From a bacterium (GTDB taxonomy: Bacteria > Patescibacteriota > Minisyncoccia > UBA6257 > WO2-44-18): a stretch of DNA of 64,000 nt. Shown here piece by piece: positions 46,905 through 56,291 of this stretch. Position numbers and translations under genes: made by a program. The notes under the pieces were generated by a model. The model searched no databases, was not told the origin of the DNA, and was given only the letters and a program-made list of their open reading frames with translations. The stretch spans positions 8,624-72,623 of the forward strand of contig JAUSKF010000006.1 in the NCBI GenBank assembly GCA_030646995.1, written 5' to 3'. The number at the start of each line of letters is the position of its first letter. Position 1 is the stretch's first letter.

Positions 46905-47576
46905 TTACATTTCGTCGCGAATTCTAAGATATTCAAACATCTCGGGGATGGTGGCGTTTGGAGTGAAGTCGACGCCGTCCTTTTGAGCGTACTTCACGAT
47001 TCGGTCGTATTCACCCTGTACGTGGTCTACGAGCGTCCCGTCCATCGTTCCGCCACCGAGTAGCGGTTTCGCGAGCGGTTTGCTCCAATCCACTACGTGG
47101 AAAGTGCGATTGTACGCCTTCACGAAGATGCCCAACTTTTTCATCGAGGCGATGATTTGCAGGAAACAGCGGAGTTGGTGATGTGGAGCAGTAACGATTG
47201 TCACTGCTCTAAGATCTTGATCGTGCATCATCTTCAGCAAAGTTTCCGATTCGGCAGCGGTGTGATCGGCTCCTGCGATTATGCTGATGTCATCACGCCT
47301 AACTCCACAGCGCTCTAGTTCATCGGTAAATACTTCTAGGCCGGGATAGGCGAGGCCGCGCAAGCTGCAGACTAGATGCGAATGGCCGTTCAAGAAAATA
47401 TTCTTCGTCATCTTCTCTTTGTAGAACCGACCGATTGTGATTGCGGCCTCTCGGTTGTGTGCGGTGCTGGTGGTCGGGCTCCCATGCCAGAACAGACAGT
47501 CGGTTTTCTTCTCCTTGTCCATGAGGACCATCAGCACGGCCTTCATCATTTCGGCGCTTGTCGGCTCCCACTTCAC
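46905..47576 (-). CDS. DUF218 (YdcF/ElyC/SanA-like) domain protein
   Basis: AVTIVTAPHHQLR matches the DUF218 T-x-x-x-H-x-x-R signature; Rossmann-like; about 220 aa. Confidence 0.45.
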   Translation of the reverse strand: MKWEPTSAEMMKAVLMVLMDKEKKTDCLFWHGSPTTSTAHNREAAITIGRFYKEKMTKNIFLNGHSHLVCSLRGLAYPGLEVFTDELERCGVRRDDISIIAGADHTAAESETLLKMMHDQDLRAVTIVTAPHHQLRCFLQIIASMKKLGIFVKAYNRTFHVVDWSKPLAKPLLGGGTMDGTLVDHVQGEYDRIVKYAQKDGVDFTPNATIPEMFEYLRIRDEM

Positions 47577-47676
47577 GGGCCACCTCCTTTGTTGGGGTTC
47601 TGTGGGAAATAATAAATCAAAAAACCAGTAATGTCAAGGTTGAAAGAAAGCCGATTTTATCGTAAAATATCGGAGT

Positions 47677-48630
47677 ATGTTAAGTGAACCGAAAGCGGTT
47701 TTAGTGACCGGGGCGACCGGTTTTGTGGGTTCTCATTTGGTGCAGAGATTGACCAATGAGGGATATCAGACCCATATCTTATTGAGAACAAAGTCCGATC
47801 CGTGGAGGATAGCGGACATTTTGCCGAAACTGAAAGCGCATAATGTGGACCTGACTGATAGAGAAGGATTAGTAAAACTGATGGAAGAGGTGAGGCCGAA
47901 CTTTATATTCCATTTGGCAACCGCCGGGGTTTATGGAGGGAAGTCTTTACCTGATCAAGATCTTTTGAAAATAAATTTGGGCGGATTCTTAAATTTGGTG
48001 GAGGCAACTAATGATCTCGAATATTCTTTGTTCGTTAACACTGGAAGTTCAAGTGAATACGGTCCCAAAAATGAAGCGATGAAAGAGGGTGATGTGTGTC
48101 AACCTTCAAATATGTATGGGATCACCAAGTTGGCCGCCACTTTATACGGCCAGGCAGTCGCTGCGACCCACAAAAAGCCGATCGTGACTTTGCGGCTTTT
48201 CTCTCCGTTCGGCTCGCACGACGATGCCAAGCGTTTTATGGCGATTGCTGTAAGCGGGGGAATAAAAAATGAGGAATTGATCCTTAGTAACCCCACAGCT
48301 GTGCGCGACTTTATTTATATTGACGATGTGATTGATGCCTATCTACAATGTATGAGCAAAGCGGAAGCGCTTCGCGGCCAGGTGCTCAATATCGGCAGTG
48401 GCATAGAGATTGGCATTCCGTCCCTGTGCGAGAAGCTAAAAGAAATAGGCAAGTTTACCAACACTATCCGTAAGGAGCCGGGTCAGCCGAGGCTGGGAGA
48501 GTCTCCGAGTTGGCAGGCGGACATCACGAAAGCCAAAAAGTTGTTGGGGTGGCAACCCAAGCGTTCGCTGGAAGAGGGGCTGGAAAAGACTATTACTTGG
48601 TTTAGGGAGAATCTTAAATCTTATGAATAA
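47677..48630 (+). CDS. NAD-dependent nucleotide-sugar epimerase/dehydratase (extended SDR)
   Basis: VLVTGATGFVGSHLV, S…YGITK catalytic motif. First gene of the 16-kb co-directional operon. Confidence 0.7.
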   Translation: MLSEPKAVLVTGATGFVGSHLVQRLTNEGYQTHILLRTKSDPWRIADILPKLKAHNVDLTDREGLVKLMEEVRPNFIFHLATAGVYGGKSLPDQDLLKINLGGFLNLVEATNDLEYSLFVNTGSSSEYGPKNEAMKEGDVCQPSNMYGITKLAATLYGQAVAATHKKPIVTLRLFSPFGSHDDAKRFMAIAVSGGIKNEELILSNPTAVRDFIYIDDVIDAYLQCMSKAEALRGQVLNIGSGIEIGIPSLCEKLKEIGKFTNTIRKEPGQPRLGESPSWQADITKAKKLLGWQPKRSLEEGLEKTITWFRENLKSYE

Positions 48631-49573
48631 CCATCTGACACAAAAGAAAATTTCCGTAGTGATTGCCTGCTACAACGAGGAGGCAAACATCCGGACCTTA
48701 TACGACCGGCTGATTAACGTTTTTAAAGACATCACCCCTCACTACGAATTTATCTACGTTGATAACAACAGCACTGATAGTTCGCCGCAGATCTATAAAG
48801 AGCTGGCGGCGCAGGACAAATCCGTTTCCGCCATATTAATGGCCAGGAATTTCGGAACTTCCGATTCTTCTTTTTCGGCCGGTACCGAATATGCCTCCGG
48901 CGACGCCGTGATCTGGATAGACGGTGACATCCAAGATCCTCCGGAGTTGATAAAAGAATTCGTGCAGAAATGGTTGGAAGGCAATGATGTTGTTTATGGC
49001 ATCCGGGCGAAGCGCGATGCCAGCTTGGTAATGAAGCTAGGTTCTAAGTTGTTCTATCGTGTCTTTAACAAAATGTCTTATATCCATATGCCGGTGGACG
49101 CGGGAGATTTCGGCTTGATGGACCGAAAGGTGGTGGACGTCTTCAATCAGCTGCCGGAGCGCGACCGGTTCGTGCGTGGATTACGGGCTTGGGTAGGCTT
49201 TAAGCAGACCGGAATACCGTACAAGCGAGCCGACCGCCAAGCAGGAGTGAGTACGCAAAAGATTTCGCGTTATTTTTACACCTTCCGCAAAGGAATCTTC
49301 TCCTTTTCTTATTACCCACTTTCCCTGATCACTTATCTGGCTGTTTTCGCTTTCTTTATTTTGGTGGCGGCAGGAATTATTTACCCGATTTGGTCCATTA
49401 TTGATCCCGCGCCTTCCGGATTCCTGACAATCTTAATGATTGTTTTGTTTATCGGCAGTGTGCAAATGATTTCTCTGGCAATCTTGGGCGAATATCTTGG
49501 AAGAATTTTTGAAGAAGTGAAGGGTCGGCCGAAGTATGTAATTCGGGAGATTATTAACGATAAAAGAAAATAA
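48623..49573 (+). CDS. GT2 polyprenyl-phosphate glycosyltransferase (ArnC/GtrB/DPM1-like) with C-terminal TM helices
   Basis: ISVVIACYNEEANI, YVDNNSTDSS, WIDGDIQDPPE (DxD region), two C-terminal TM helices. Confidence 0.75.
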   Translation: MNNHLTQKKISVVIACYNEEANIRTLYDRLINVFKDITPHYEFIYVDNNSTDSSPQIYKELAAQDKSVSAILMARNFGTSDSSFSAGTEYASGDAVIWIDGDIQDPPELIKEFVQKWLEGNDVVYGIRAKRDASLVMKLGSKLFYRVFNKMSYIHMPVDAGDFGLMDRKVVDVFNQLPERDRFVRGLRAWVGFKQTGIPYKRADRQAGVSTQKISRYFYTFRKGIFSFSYYPLSLITYLAVFAFFILVAAGIIYPIWSIIDPAPSGFLTILMIVLFIGSVQMISLAILGEYLGRIFEEVKGRPKYVIREIINDKRK

Positions 49574-51351
49574 TGAAGTTATCCGACTATTTAATTGAAT
49601 ATCTACGCGACCAAGGGGTGAAGGATGTTTTTTTGGTAACCGGAGGAGCGGTGGCGCACATCGTGGACTCTTTTCGAAACATAAAGGGCATTGATTATGT
49701 GTGCACCCAACACGAACAGCCGGCGGCGATGGCGGCAGAGGCTTACGCGCGTGTTACCGGAAATATTGGAGTGGCGATGGCGACCAGTGGGCCGGGAGCG
49801 ACTAATTTAATTACCGGAATGTGTTGCGCTTGGTTTGATTCTATCCCGACGGTTTATATCACGGGGCAGGTCAATCGCGGAGAGTCAAAAGGAAAGAGCG
49901 GAGCGCGGCAGGTCGGTTTCCAGGAAACCGACATTGTCAGCATGGTGAAGCCAATCACTAAGTACGCAGTATTAGTGGATGATCATTTGAAAATAAAATA
50001 TTACTTAGACAAAGCTTTTTATATGGCCAAAGAAGGCCGGCCCGGACCGGTTCTGATTGATGTGCCGATGGATGTCCAGCGGCAGGAAATTGACCCAGCG
50101 AAACTCAGGGGTTTTAACGCGCCGAAAGAAAAAACTGTGGATGCGGTTTTAAAAAAGAAAATTAAATCCGCCTTGGCATTGGTTGCGAAATCCCAGCGCC
50201 CGGTAATCCTTGCGGGTGGGGGAATTAAGTTAGCTAAGGGCAATGCTGAGCTTTTGGAATTCATTAAGAAAACCGGCTTCCCGGTAGTTACCTCTTGGAG
50301 CGGATTTGACCTAGTGCCGCACAACCATAAAATGTTGGTAGGGCAATTCGGAGTTTATGGAAACCGAGGAGCTAACTTTGCCGTGCAAAATGCTGATTTG
50401 ATAATTAGCGTGGGTTCTCGTTTGGATACAAGGCAAACCGGCGGCCGTCCGGCTACTTTTGCCAGAGAGGCAAAAAAAATTGTTGTGGACATTGATCAGT
50501 CTGAGCTGGATAAGCGCCGAGGTCTGACTCCTGATGTTGAGATTTGCGCCGACGCTAAGTTATTTTTGAAAGAGATGAATCAATCTCTTAAAGATATAAA
50601 AATTCCCAAGATTGATTCATGGCTGAAAAAGGCGGCTGAATGGAAAGTGAAATATCCTACAGTTCTCCCTGAATATGAAAAGCAAAAGGGCAGCGTTAAT
50701 TCCTATGTTTTCGCTAAAACTCTTTCCGAAGAAGCCGCGGCGAATTCAATCGTCCTTCCCGATGACGGAGGCAACCTTACTTGGACAATGCAGTCTTGGC
50801 AGCTGAAAGAAGGCCAGATGCTTTTTTCGGCCTTCGGGAATTCTCCGATGGGTTATTCTTTCCCGGCGGCGATTGGCGCTTCTTATGCCGCCGACCACAA
50901 ACGTCCGGTGATTTGTATCATCGGTGACGGCAGTTTCCAGATGAATATTCACGAACTGCAAACCGTTGCTCACTATAAGATTCCAATCAAGATATTTATT
51001 TTGAATAATCACTCTTACGGAATCATCAAGCAATTCCAGGATATGTATTTTGGTGGCCGACACGAGGCTTCTTCCTCGGACAAAGGCTATAGCTGTCCGG
51101 ATTTTATTAAAGTTGCTCAAGCATACGGGCTAAAGACTGTTTCTATTAATAATCATCAGGAGTTACGGAAAAAGATTAAGGAGGTGCTGGCCTCTAAGGA
51201 GGCAGTTCTATGTGATGTGTTGTTGGATGAAGGGCAAAAGTTGATGCCGAAATTGGAATTCGGAAAATCGATTGAAGACTTGATGCCTTATTTGCCGCGC
51301 GAGGAGTTTAAGAAAAATATGATCGTGAAGCCGTTGGACGAACCAAGATAA
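49573..51351 (+). CDS. Thiamine-pyrophosphate-dependent enzyme, acetolactate-synthase-like (YerE/IlvB family)
   Basis: TPP_enzyme N/M/C architecture; TPP-binding GDGSFQMNIHELQT with NN…; about 590 aa. Confidence 0.75.
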   Translation: MKLSDYLIEYLRDQGVKDVFLVTGGAVAHIVDSFRNIKGIDYVCTQHEQPAAMAAEAYARVTGNIGVAMATSGPGATNLITGMCCAWFDSIPTVYITGQVNRGESKGKSGARQVGFQETDIVSMVKPITKYAVLVDDHLKIKYYLDKAFYMAKEGRPGPVLIDVPMDVQRQEIDPAKLRGFNAPKEKTVDAVLKKKIKSALALVAKSQRPVILAGGGIKLAKGNAELLEFIKKTGFPVVTSWSGFDLVPHNHKMLVGQFGVYGNRGANFAVQNADLIISVGSRLDTRQTGGRPATFAREAKKIVVDIDQSELDKRRGLTPDVEICADAKLFLKEMNQSLKDIKIPKIDSWLKKAAEWKVKYPTVLPEYEKQKGSVNSYVFAKTLSEEAAANSIVLPDDGGNLTWTMQSWQLKEGQMLFSAFGNSPMGYSFPAAIGASYAADHKRPVICIIGDGSFQMNIHELQTVAHYKIPIKIFILNNHSYGIIKQFQDMYFGGRHEASSSDKGYSCPDFIKVAQAYGLKTVSINNHQELRKKIKEVLASKEAVLCDVLLDEGQKLMPKLEFGKSIEDLMPYLPREEFKKNMIVKPLDEPR

Positions 51352-52517
51352 TGGAGCATCAATTTTCTAAAGACGCAAAAAATTTAGTTGGCAGCCCGAT
51401 GTTCAAAATGATGGCGCGGGTGCAGGAGCTGGAAAAGTCCGGCAAGAAGATCATCCATTTTGAAATAGGCGATCCCGATTTTTCCACGCCTCAGCGTATT
51501 ACCGATGCGGCAATCGATGCTTTGAAGGCCGGAGAAACTCACTATGTGAATTCTTCCGGTATGGCCCAGCTACGCGATGCTATCTGCGATTCCACCGAAA
51601 AAGATCTGGGTTGGAGGCCGGAGCGTGAGCAGGTCGTCGTTGCCCCAGCGATTTCTTTTATTTATTTTACCGTCCGGGCGTTGGTTAATCCCGGTGAAGA
51701 AGTGATTGTAGCAGAGCCGGGCTATTCTTCATATTTTTCTACTTTTGACTTCATCGGCGTAAAGGCCGTCACCGTTCCGGTATTTGAAAAGAATAATTTT
51801 CGGCTAGCGGCGGCCGATCTGGAAAAAGCGATTACTCCAAAAACTCGGTTGGTAATTCTCACTTCTCCTAGTAATCCGACCGGGGCGATGATGACCAAGG
51901 AGAATTTGACGGCCATCTACAAGCTGGCGGAGAAGCATAATTTTTATATCTTGAGCGACGAGGTTTATAAAAAAATGACTTACGACTTGCCCTTTAGCTC
52001 CATTTCGGCCAACGACCGTTGCCAGGAACGGGTGATTATTTTGGATGGATTTTCAAAGGCTTATGCAATGACTGGCTGGCGTCTGGGTTATTCTATTGCT
52101 CCGAAGCCAATCGCTGAAAAATTAGGATTAATGATTCAGACGGTCATTTCCAATGTGCCCCCATTTATTCAATTGGCAGGCGTTGAGGCCCTTTCCGGAG
52201 ATCAGAGCAGTATAAAAGTGATGATGGATGAGTATCGAAAGAGAAAGGATGTGATGATTAAAGGATTTAATGAATTGCCTGGAGTTTCCTGCATAGATCC
52301 CGATGGAGCTTTTTATGCATTTCCGAATATTCAGAAAACCGGAATGACCAGCAAAGAATTTGCGGAATTTATTTTAGAAAAGGCCAACGTTGCGCTGTTG
52401 CCCGGCACTGATTTTGGGCCGCACGGCGAGGGATATTTACGTGTTACCTTTGCCACCTCTTTGTCTAATATTGAAGAAGGGCTTCGCCGGATGAAAGAAG
52501 CGCTGTCAAAAAAATAA
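51351..52517 (+). CDS. PLP-dependent aminotransferase, class I/II (AspB-like)
   Basis: IHFEIGDPDF, SPSNPTG, PLP-Lys SKAYAMTGWRLGY. Confidence 0.7.
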   Translation: MEHQFSKDAKNLVGSPMFKMMARVQELEKSGKKIIHFEIGDPDFSTPQRITDAAIDALKAGETHYVNSSGMAQLRDAICDSTEKDLGWRPEREQVVVAPAISFIYFTVRALVNPGEEVIVAEPGYSSYFSTFDFIGVKAVTVPVFEKNNFRLAAADLEKAITPKTRLVILTSPSNPTGAMMTKENLTAIYKLAEKHNFYILSDEVYKKMTYDLPFSSISANDRCQERVIILDGFSKAYAMTGWRLGYSIAPKPIAEKLGLMIQTVISNVPPFIQLAGVEALSGDQSSIKVMMDEYRKRKDVMIKGFNELPGVSCIDPDGAFYAFPNIQKTGMTSKEFAEFILEKANVALLPGTDFGPHGEGYLRVTFATSLSNIEEGLRRMKEALSKK

Positions 52518-52518
52518 A

Positions 52519-53823
52519 ATGGATAAAGAAATAGCGGGTTTCATAAAAAAGTATTACCAGAAGAACTTCGCGGGGAAGAAATTCGTTCCCGGCGAAACAC
52601 ATATTCCCGCTTCGGGAAAATCTTTTGATTATCAGGAGATGGTTTTGATGACGGAAGCCGTTTTGGATGGTTGGTGGACCGAGGGACGGTTCGCGGCGGC
52701 TTTTGAGAAGCAGTTGGCCGAATTCGTAGGCGTCAAACATTGCGTTACCACCAATTCCGGATCTTCGGCCAATCTTCTGGCTATTTCCGCGCTGACTTCT
52801 TATCATCTGGGCGAACGACGCTTGAAACCGGGAGATGAAGTGATTACTTTGGCAGCCGGATTCCCAACCACTATTAATCCGATAATTCTTCATCAAGCCA
52901 TCCCGGTTTTCGTGGATATTGATCTCGCGACTGCCAACGTGGATATTGGAAAATTAGAGAAAGCTTTCTCTAAAAAAACTAAAGCTGTGTTCCTTCCTCA
53001 CCATCTCGGCAATCCATTTAACGTGGCAGCCGTTCAGAAGCTTTGCAAAAAACATAAAGCCTGGCTGATAGAGGATTGTTGCGATGCTCTGGGGGCGAAA
53101 TTCGGTGGGAAGCGCGTCGGCAGCTTCGGCGACTTGTCCACCTTCAGTTTTTATGCCGCACACCACATAACCAGCGGAGAAGGAGGAGCGATAATGACCA
53201 ATGATGAGCGGCTGGCCGCCATCGTGCGTTCATTCCGTGATTGGGGTCGGGAATATTGGTTCAAGACTGGCGAGGATATCCGACGCAACAAAGGCCTGGG
53301 AACGGTTAAGCACAGCAAGCTTCCGGCTGATTACGATGATAAATTTATCTTCTCCGAGATCGGCTACAACCTGCGCCTGACCGATATGCAGGCCGCGCTG
53401 GGTTTAGTTCAACTCGGAAAGATCGGAGAGTTCGCGAAACGTCGGGAAAGCAATTTCCAATATTTGTATAAGTTGATGAGCCCGTATAAAAAGTTCTTTA
53501 TTTTGCCGGGCATGGAAAAATCCGCAGCGCCTTCTTGGTTTGGATTTTTAATGACCCTGAAGCCGGATTGCCCATTTACTCGTAAGGAATTCGTGGATTA
53601 TTTGCACAAACACAACGTTGGTACCCGTATGTTCCTCGCCGGCAACGTTATCAAGCAGCCGTACTTCCAGATATATAAGGTAAAGTTTAAAGCTGGGAAT
53701 CTTGCCAGCACGGATTACGTTTTGAGTAATTCCGTTTGGGTCGGAGTCCATCAGGCGATTGATAATGAGAGGAGGGAATATATGGGGAAAGTCTTGAAGT
53801 CGTTTTTGGCGAAGTATAAATAA
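52519..53823 (+). CDS. DegT/DnrJ/EryC1/StrS-family PLP/PMP enzyme, RfbH/DdhC-like (CDP-4-keto-6-deoxyglucose 3-dehydratase-like)
   Basis: KKFVPGETHIPASGKSFDYQEMVLMTEAVLDGWWTEGRF…VKHCVTTNSGSSANLLAISALTS matches the RfbH N-terminus; 434 aa, which is the RfbH size class. Confidence 0.7.
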   Translation: MDKEIAGFIKKYYQKNFAGKKFVPGETHIPASGKSFDYQEMVLMTEAVLDGWWTEGRFAAAFEKQLAEFVGVKHCVTTNSGSSANLLAISALTSYHLGERRLKPGDEVITLAAGFPTTINPIILHQAIPVFVDIDLATANVDIGKLEKAFSKKTKAVFLPHHLGNPFNVAAVQKLCKKHKAWLIEDCCDALGAKFGGKRVGSFGDLSTFSFYAAHHITSGEGGAIMTNDERLAAIVRSFRDWGREYWFKTGEDIRRNKGLGTVKHSKLPADYDDKFIFSEIGYNLRLTDMQAALGLVQLGKIGEFAKRRESNFQYLYKLMSPYKKFFILPGMEKSAAPSWFGFLMTLKPDCPFTRKEFVDYLHKHNVGTRMFLAGNVIKQPYFQIYKVKFKAGNLASTDYVLSNSVWVGVHQAIDNERREYMGKVLKSFLAKYK

Positions 53824-55172
53824 TGACAAAGACCATTTTTATTACGATCTTCCAAGGAGTGGAGGCGCGTAATATTCTCCGAACCGATATATATAAGGAA
53901 TTGGTTGGTCGTCCGGATGTTCGGCTGGTTCTTTTTACCGACAGTGAAGAGAAAAGGAATTATTATCAAAAGGAATTTAACGGTCCGAACGTGATCTATG
54001 AGGTCGTTGGGGAATATCACGCTCGCGGCATTCAGAAATTTTTTGGTGCAGCCAAATTCAATCTAATTAATACTGCCACGGTTGATATTAAAAGAGATAT
54101 CCTGTTTTTCAAAGAACATAGTTATCTGAAATTTTATCGGCGGTGGCTGATCAATCGGCTGTTCGCGCGCAATTTTGTTCGCCGGATAGTTCGCTGGTTG
54201 GACTGGCGGTTGGTTTCTGACCAGTTTTTTAAAAAGTATTTTGATCAATACGATCCGGATCTAGTCCTATCAGCACATCTTTTTGGTGGCACAGAGACCG
54301 CAGTGATTCGGGAGGCGCGCCGTCGTGGAGTTGTCAGCGTCGGATTGATCAATTCCTGGGATAAACTGACCGCCAGAGCAATGATCCGTTTGCTTCCGGA
54401 TTGGATGATTGTTCATAACGATTCAGTGAAAAAAGATGCGATTATTTATGCCGATATGCCAGCTGGTCGCATCTTCGTTTCCGGCATACCCCACTTCGAT
54501 CGGTATAAGACCGGGACCAGGGCTCCGCGCGATCGCTTTTTGCAAGAGATCGGCCTTGACCCCGATAAAAAAACCATTTTGTATCTTCCAGTCGGTCGCG
54601 CCGCCAGTGATGATGATGCCGATATGATGAAATTTTTTGCCGATCTGTTATCGGATAAACGTTTGAAATTTCCGACTCAGCTGATTTTTCGATTCCCGCC
54701 TAATGATGAGATTGTCGCGGAGGGAAAATTTCCAAATGGTGTAGTTATTCAAACACCGGGACGAAGATTCTCTTTGAAACGTGGATCGGATTGGGATATG
54801 AATGAGGACGATTTCCGGATCCTAGCCGACACAATTACTAGCAGTGATGTCGTGGTCGGGTATCCTTCAACGATGATGATAGATGCGGCGATTTTTGATA
54901 AGCCGGTGATTAACATTGCATATGAGCGGCGCCCGCATCCCCGAAATTTCATCCTCTGGGCTTACGAGGTGGATCACTATCGGTCCGTGCTCAATACCGG
55001 CGCCGTCCGGTTGGTTAAGAATGACGATGAATTAATTGATCAGCTGAATGCTTATTTTGCGGATCCTTCATCGGATCGTGAGGGGCGCCGTCGTTTAGTC
55101 GCGGAGCAATGCGGCGCACAGGACGGTAAGGCGGGAAAGCGGGTGGCGGATTTTTTGCTAAACCGTATTTAA
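53823..55172 (+). CDS. TagB/TagF-like polyol-/glycosyl-phosphate transferase, paralog 5
   Basis: MTKTIFITIFQGVEARNIL; VVGYPSTMMIDAAIFDKPVINIAYE; terminal QDGKAGKRVADFLLNRI. Confidence 0.5.
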   Translation: MTKTIFITIFQGVEARNILRTDIYKELVGRPDVRLVLFTDSEEKRNYYQKEFNGPNVIYEVVGEYHARGIQKFFGAAKFNLINTATVDIKRDILFFKEHSYLKFYRRWLINRLFARNFVRRIVRWLDWRLVSDQFFKKYFDQYDPDLVLSAHLFGGTETAVIREARRRGVVSVGLINSWDKLTARAMIRLLPDWMIVHNDSVKKDAIIYADMPAGRIFVSGIPHFDRYKTGTRAPRDRFLQEIGLDPDKKTILYLPVGRAASDDDADMMKFFADLLSDKRLKFPTQLIFRFPPNDEIVAEGKFPNGVVIQTPGRRFSLKRGSDWDMNEDDFRILADTITSSDVVVGYPSTMMIDAAIFDKPVINIAYERRPHPRNFILWAYEVDHYRSVLNTGAVRLVKNDDELIDQLNAYFADPSSDREGRRRLVAEQCGAQDGKAGKRVADFLLNRI

Positions 55173-55190
55173 AACGATACTATTAAACCA

Positions 55191-55667
55191 ATGATCTCAT
55201 TTGAAATATTAAGGAAATACAGTGACCGGGATCGAGCTGATATTAATCGGCTCCTTCCTCAAATTGCCGAAAAACCTCATTTGTTATCAAAGAAAGAATT
55301 CCAGAAAGTTTTGAACGAGAAGGACAATTGCAATCTGGTGGTGGCCAGAGACAGCATTAAGAAAAGGATCGCGGGGATGGCTGCCGTCACTTTTGCTCGA
55401 GTCCCTACTGGTCTTTTGGCGATGGTTGAGGACGTGGTAGTGGATTCCGATTATCGTGGAATGGGTATTGGAGCTAAGCTGACCGAAAAGTTGATCGCCT
55501 TAGCGAAGAAAAGGATGGCGAAGCACATCAGTCTTACGACTAATCCGGCGCGCGAAGCTGCCAACGCCATGTATAAGAAAATGGGGTTTTTTTTGAAGGA
55601 AACTAATTATTACCGCATCAACTTGCACCTACCAAAGCCCAACCTTAAGAGGGGTAAGAATCTATAG
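55191..55667 (+). CDS. GNAT-family N-acetyltransferase
   Basis: Motif A VVVDSDYRGMGIGAKL; 158 aa. Confidence 0.65.
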   Translation: MISFEILRKYSDRDRADINRLLPQIAEKPHLLSKKEFQKVLNEKDNCNLVVARDSIKKRIAGMAAVTFARVPTGLLAMVEDVVVDSDYRGMGIGAKLTEKLIALAKKRMAKHISLTTNPAREAANAMYKKMGFFLKETNYYRINLHLPKPNLKRGKNL

Positions 55668-55717
55668 GGTGTATTGGATTTTTCCTGATTTTGTTGCATA
55701 GTCTTAGGGAAATTATG

Positions 55718-55939
55718 GAGTATATAAAGCTCAAGCGGCGCAAGGACAACCTGATTATCCTGCGTTATCCCGACGGCCACGAAGTGGTCAGCTTGGTAAG
55801 TGAAGTTCAGCATCCCGTGATTCGGGAAGCCTTGGAGTCTCGGAGCTTTCGTGGCGGGCTGGATTTGGTGGCCAGTTCCGCAATCGCCAAGCGAGAAGAT
55901 GTCCTGCAGGCATTGGATCGCGAATCGTTAACCTCTTAA
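55718..55939 (+). CDS. Small hypothetical protein (74 aa)
   Basis: An ORF with no recognisable motif, between the GNAT and acpS genes. Kept only because the operon is tightly packed. Confidence 0.15.
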   Translation, partial: EYIKLKRRKDNLIILRYPDGHEVVSLVSEVQHPVIREALESRSFRGGLDLVASSAIAKREDVLQALDRESLTS

Positions 55940-55943
55940 AAAA

Positions 55944-56291
55944 ATGGAAAAAATTTTGGGTATCGGTGTGGATCTTGCAGAGGTCGGGAGGTTTCGGAAA
56001 ATGCCGTTTAAGCGGCATTCCGATTTCTATAAAAAAATTTTTACCGCGTCGGAGATAAAGTATTGTTTATCGAAAGAAAATCCTTATCCGCACTTCGCCG
56101 CTCGCTTTGCCGCCAAAGAAGCGGTGCTTAAGTGTATTCAAGGTACTATTTATAAAATTTTGGATGTGGAGATTTTCAATGATAAAAATGGAGCTCCGAG
56201 TGTTAAAGTTAAAAAGCAGCGAGGAAGATTTTTGGTTTCGCTTTCGCACACCAAAGATCACGCTATTGCCACAGCAATATGGTTAAATTAA
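55944..56291 (+). CDS. acpS: Holo-[acyl-carrier-protein] synthase (4'-phosphopantetheinyl transferase, AcpS type)
   Basis: ILGIGVDLAEV, RFAAKEAVLKCIQ, SLSHTKDHAIATAI. Confidence 0.7.
   Translation: MEKILGIGVDLAEVGRFRKMPFKRHSDFYKKIFTASEIKYCLSKENPYPHFAARFAAKEAVLKCIQGTIYKILDVEIFNDKNGAPSVKVKKQRGRFLVSLSHTKDHAIATAIWLN

Noticed and set aside
49573-51351. Calling the TPP enzyme sulfoacetaldehyde acetyltransferase (Xsc) to link it with the SQD1 gene
   Set aside because: The two genes are 20 kb apart in different operons. The TPP enzyme sits with RfbH-like and aminotransferase genes. Family membership alone cannot distinguish Xsc, IlvB and YerE, so I kept it generic.
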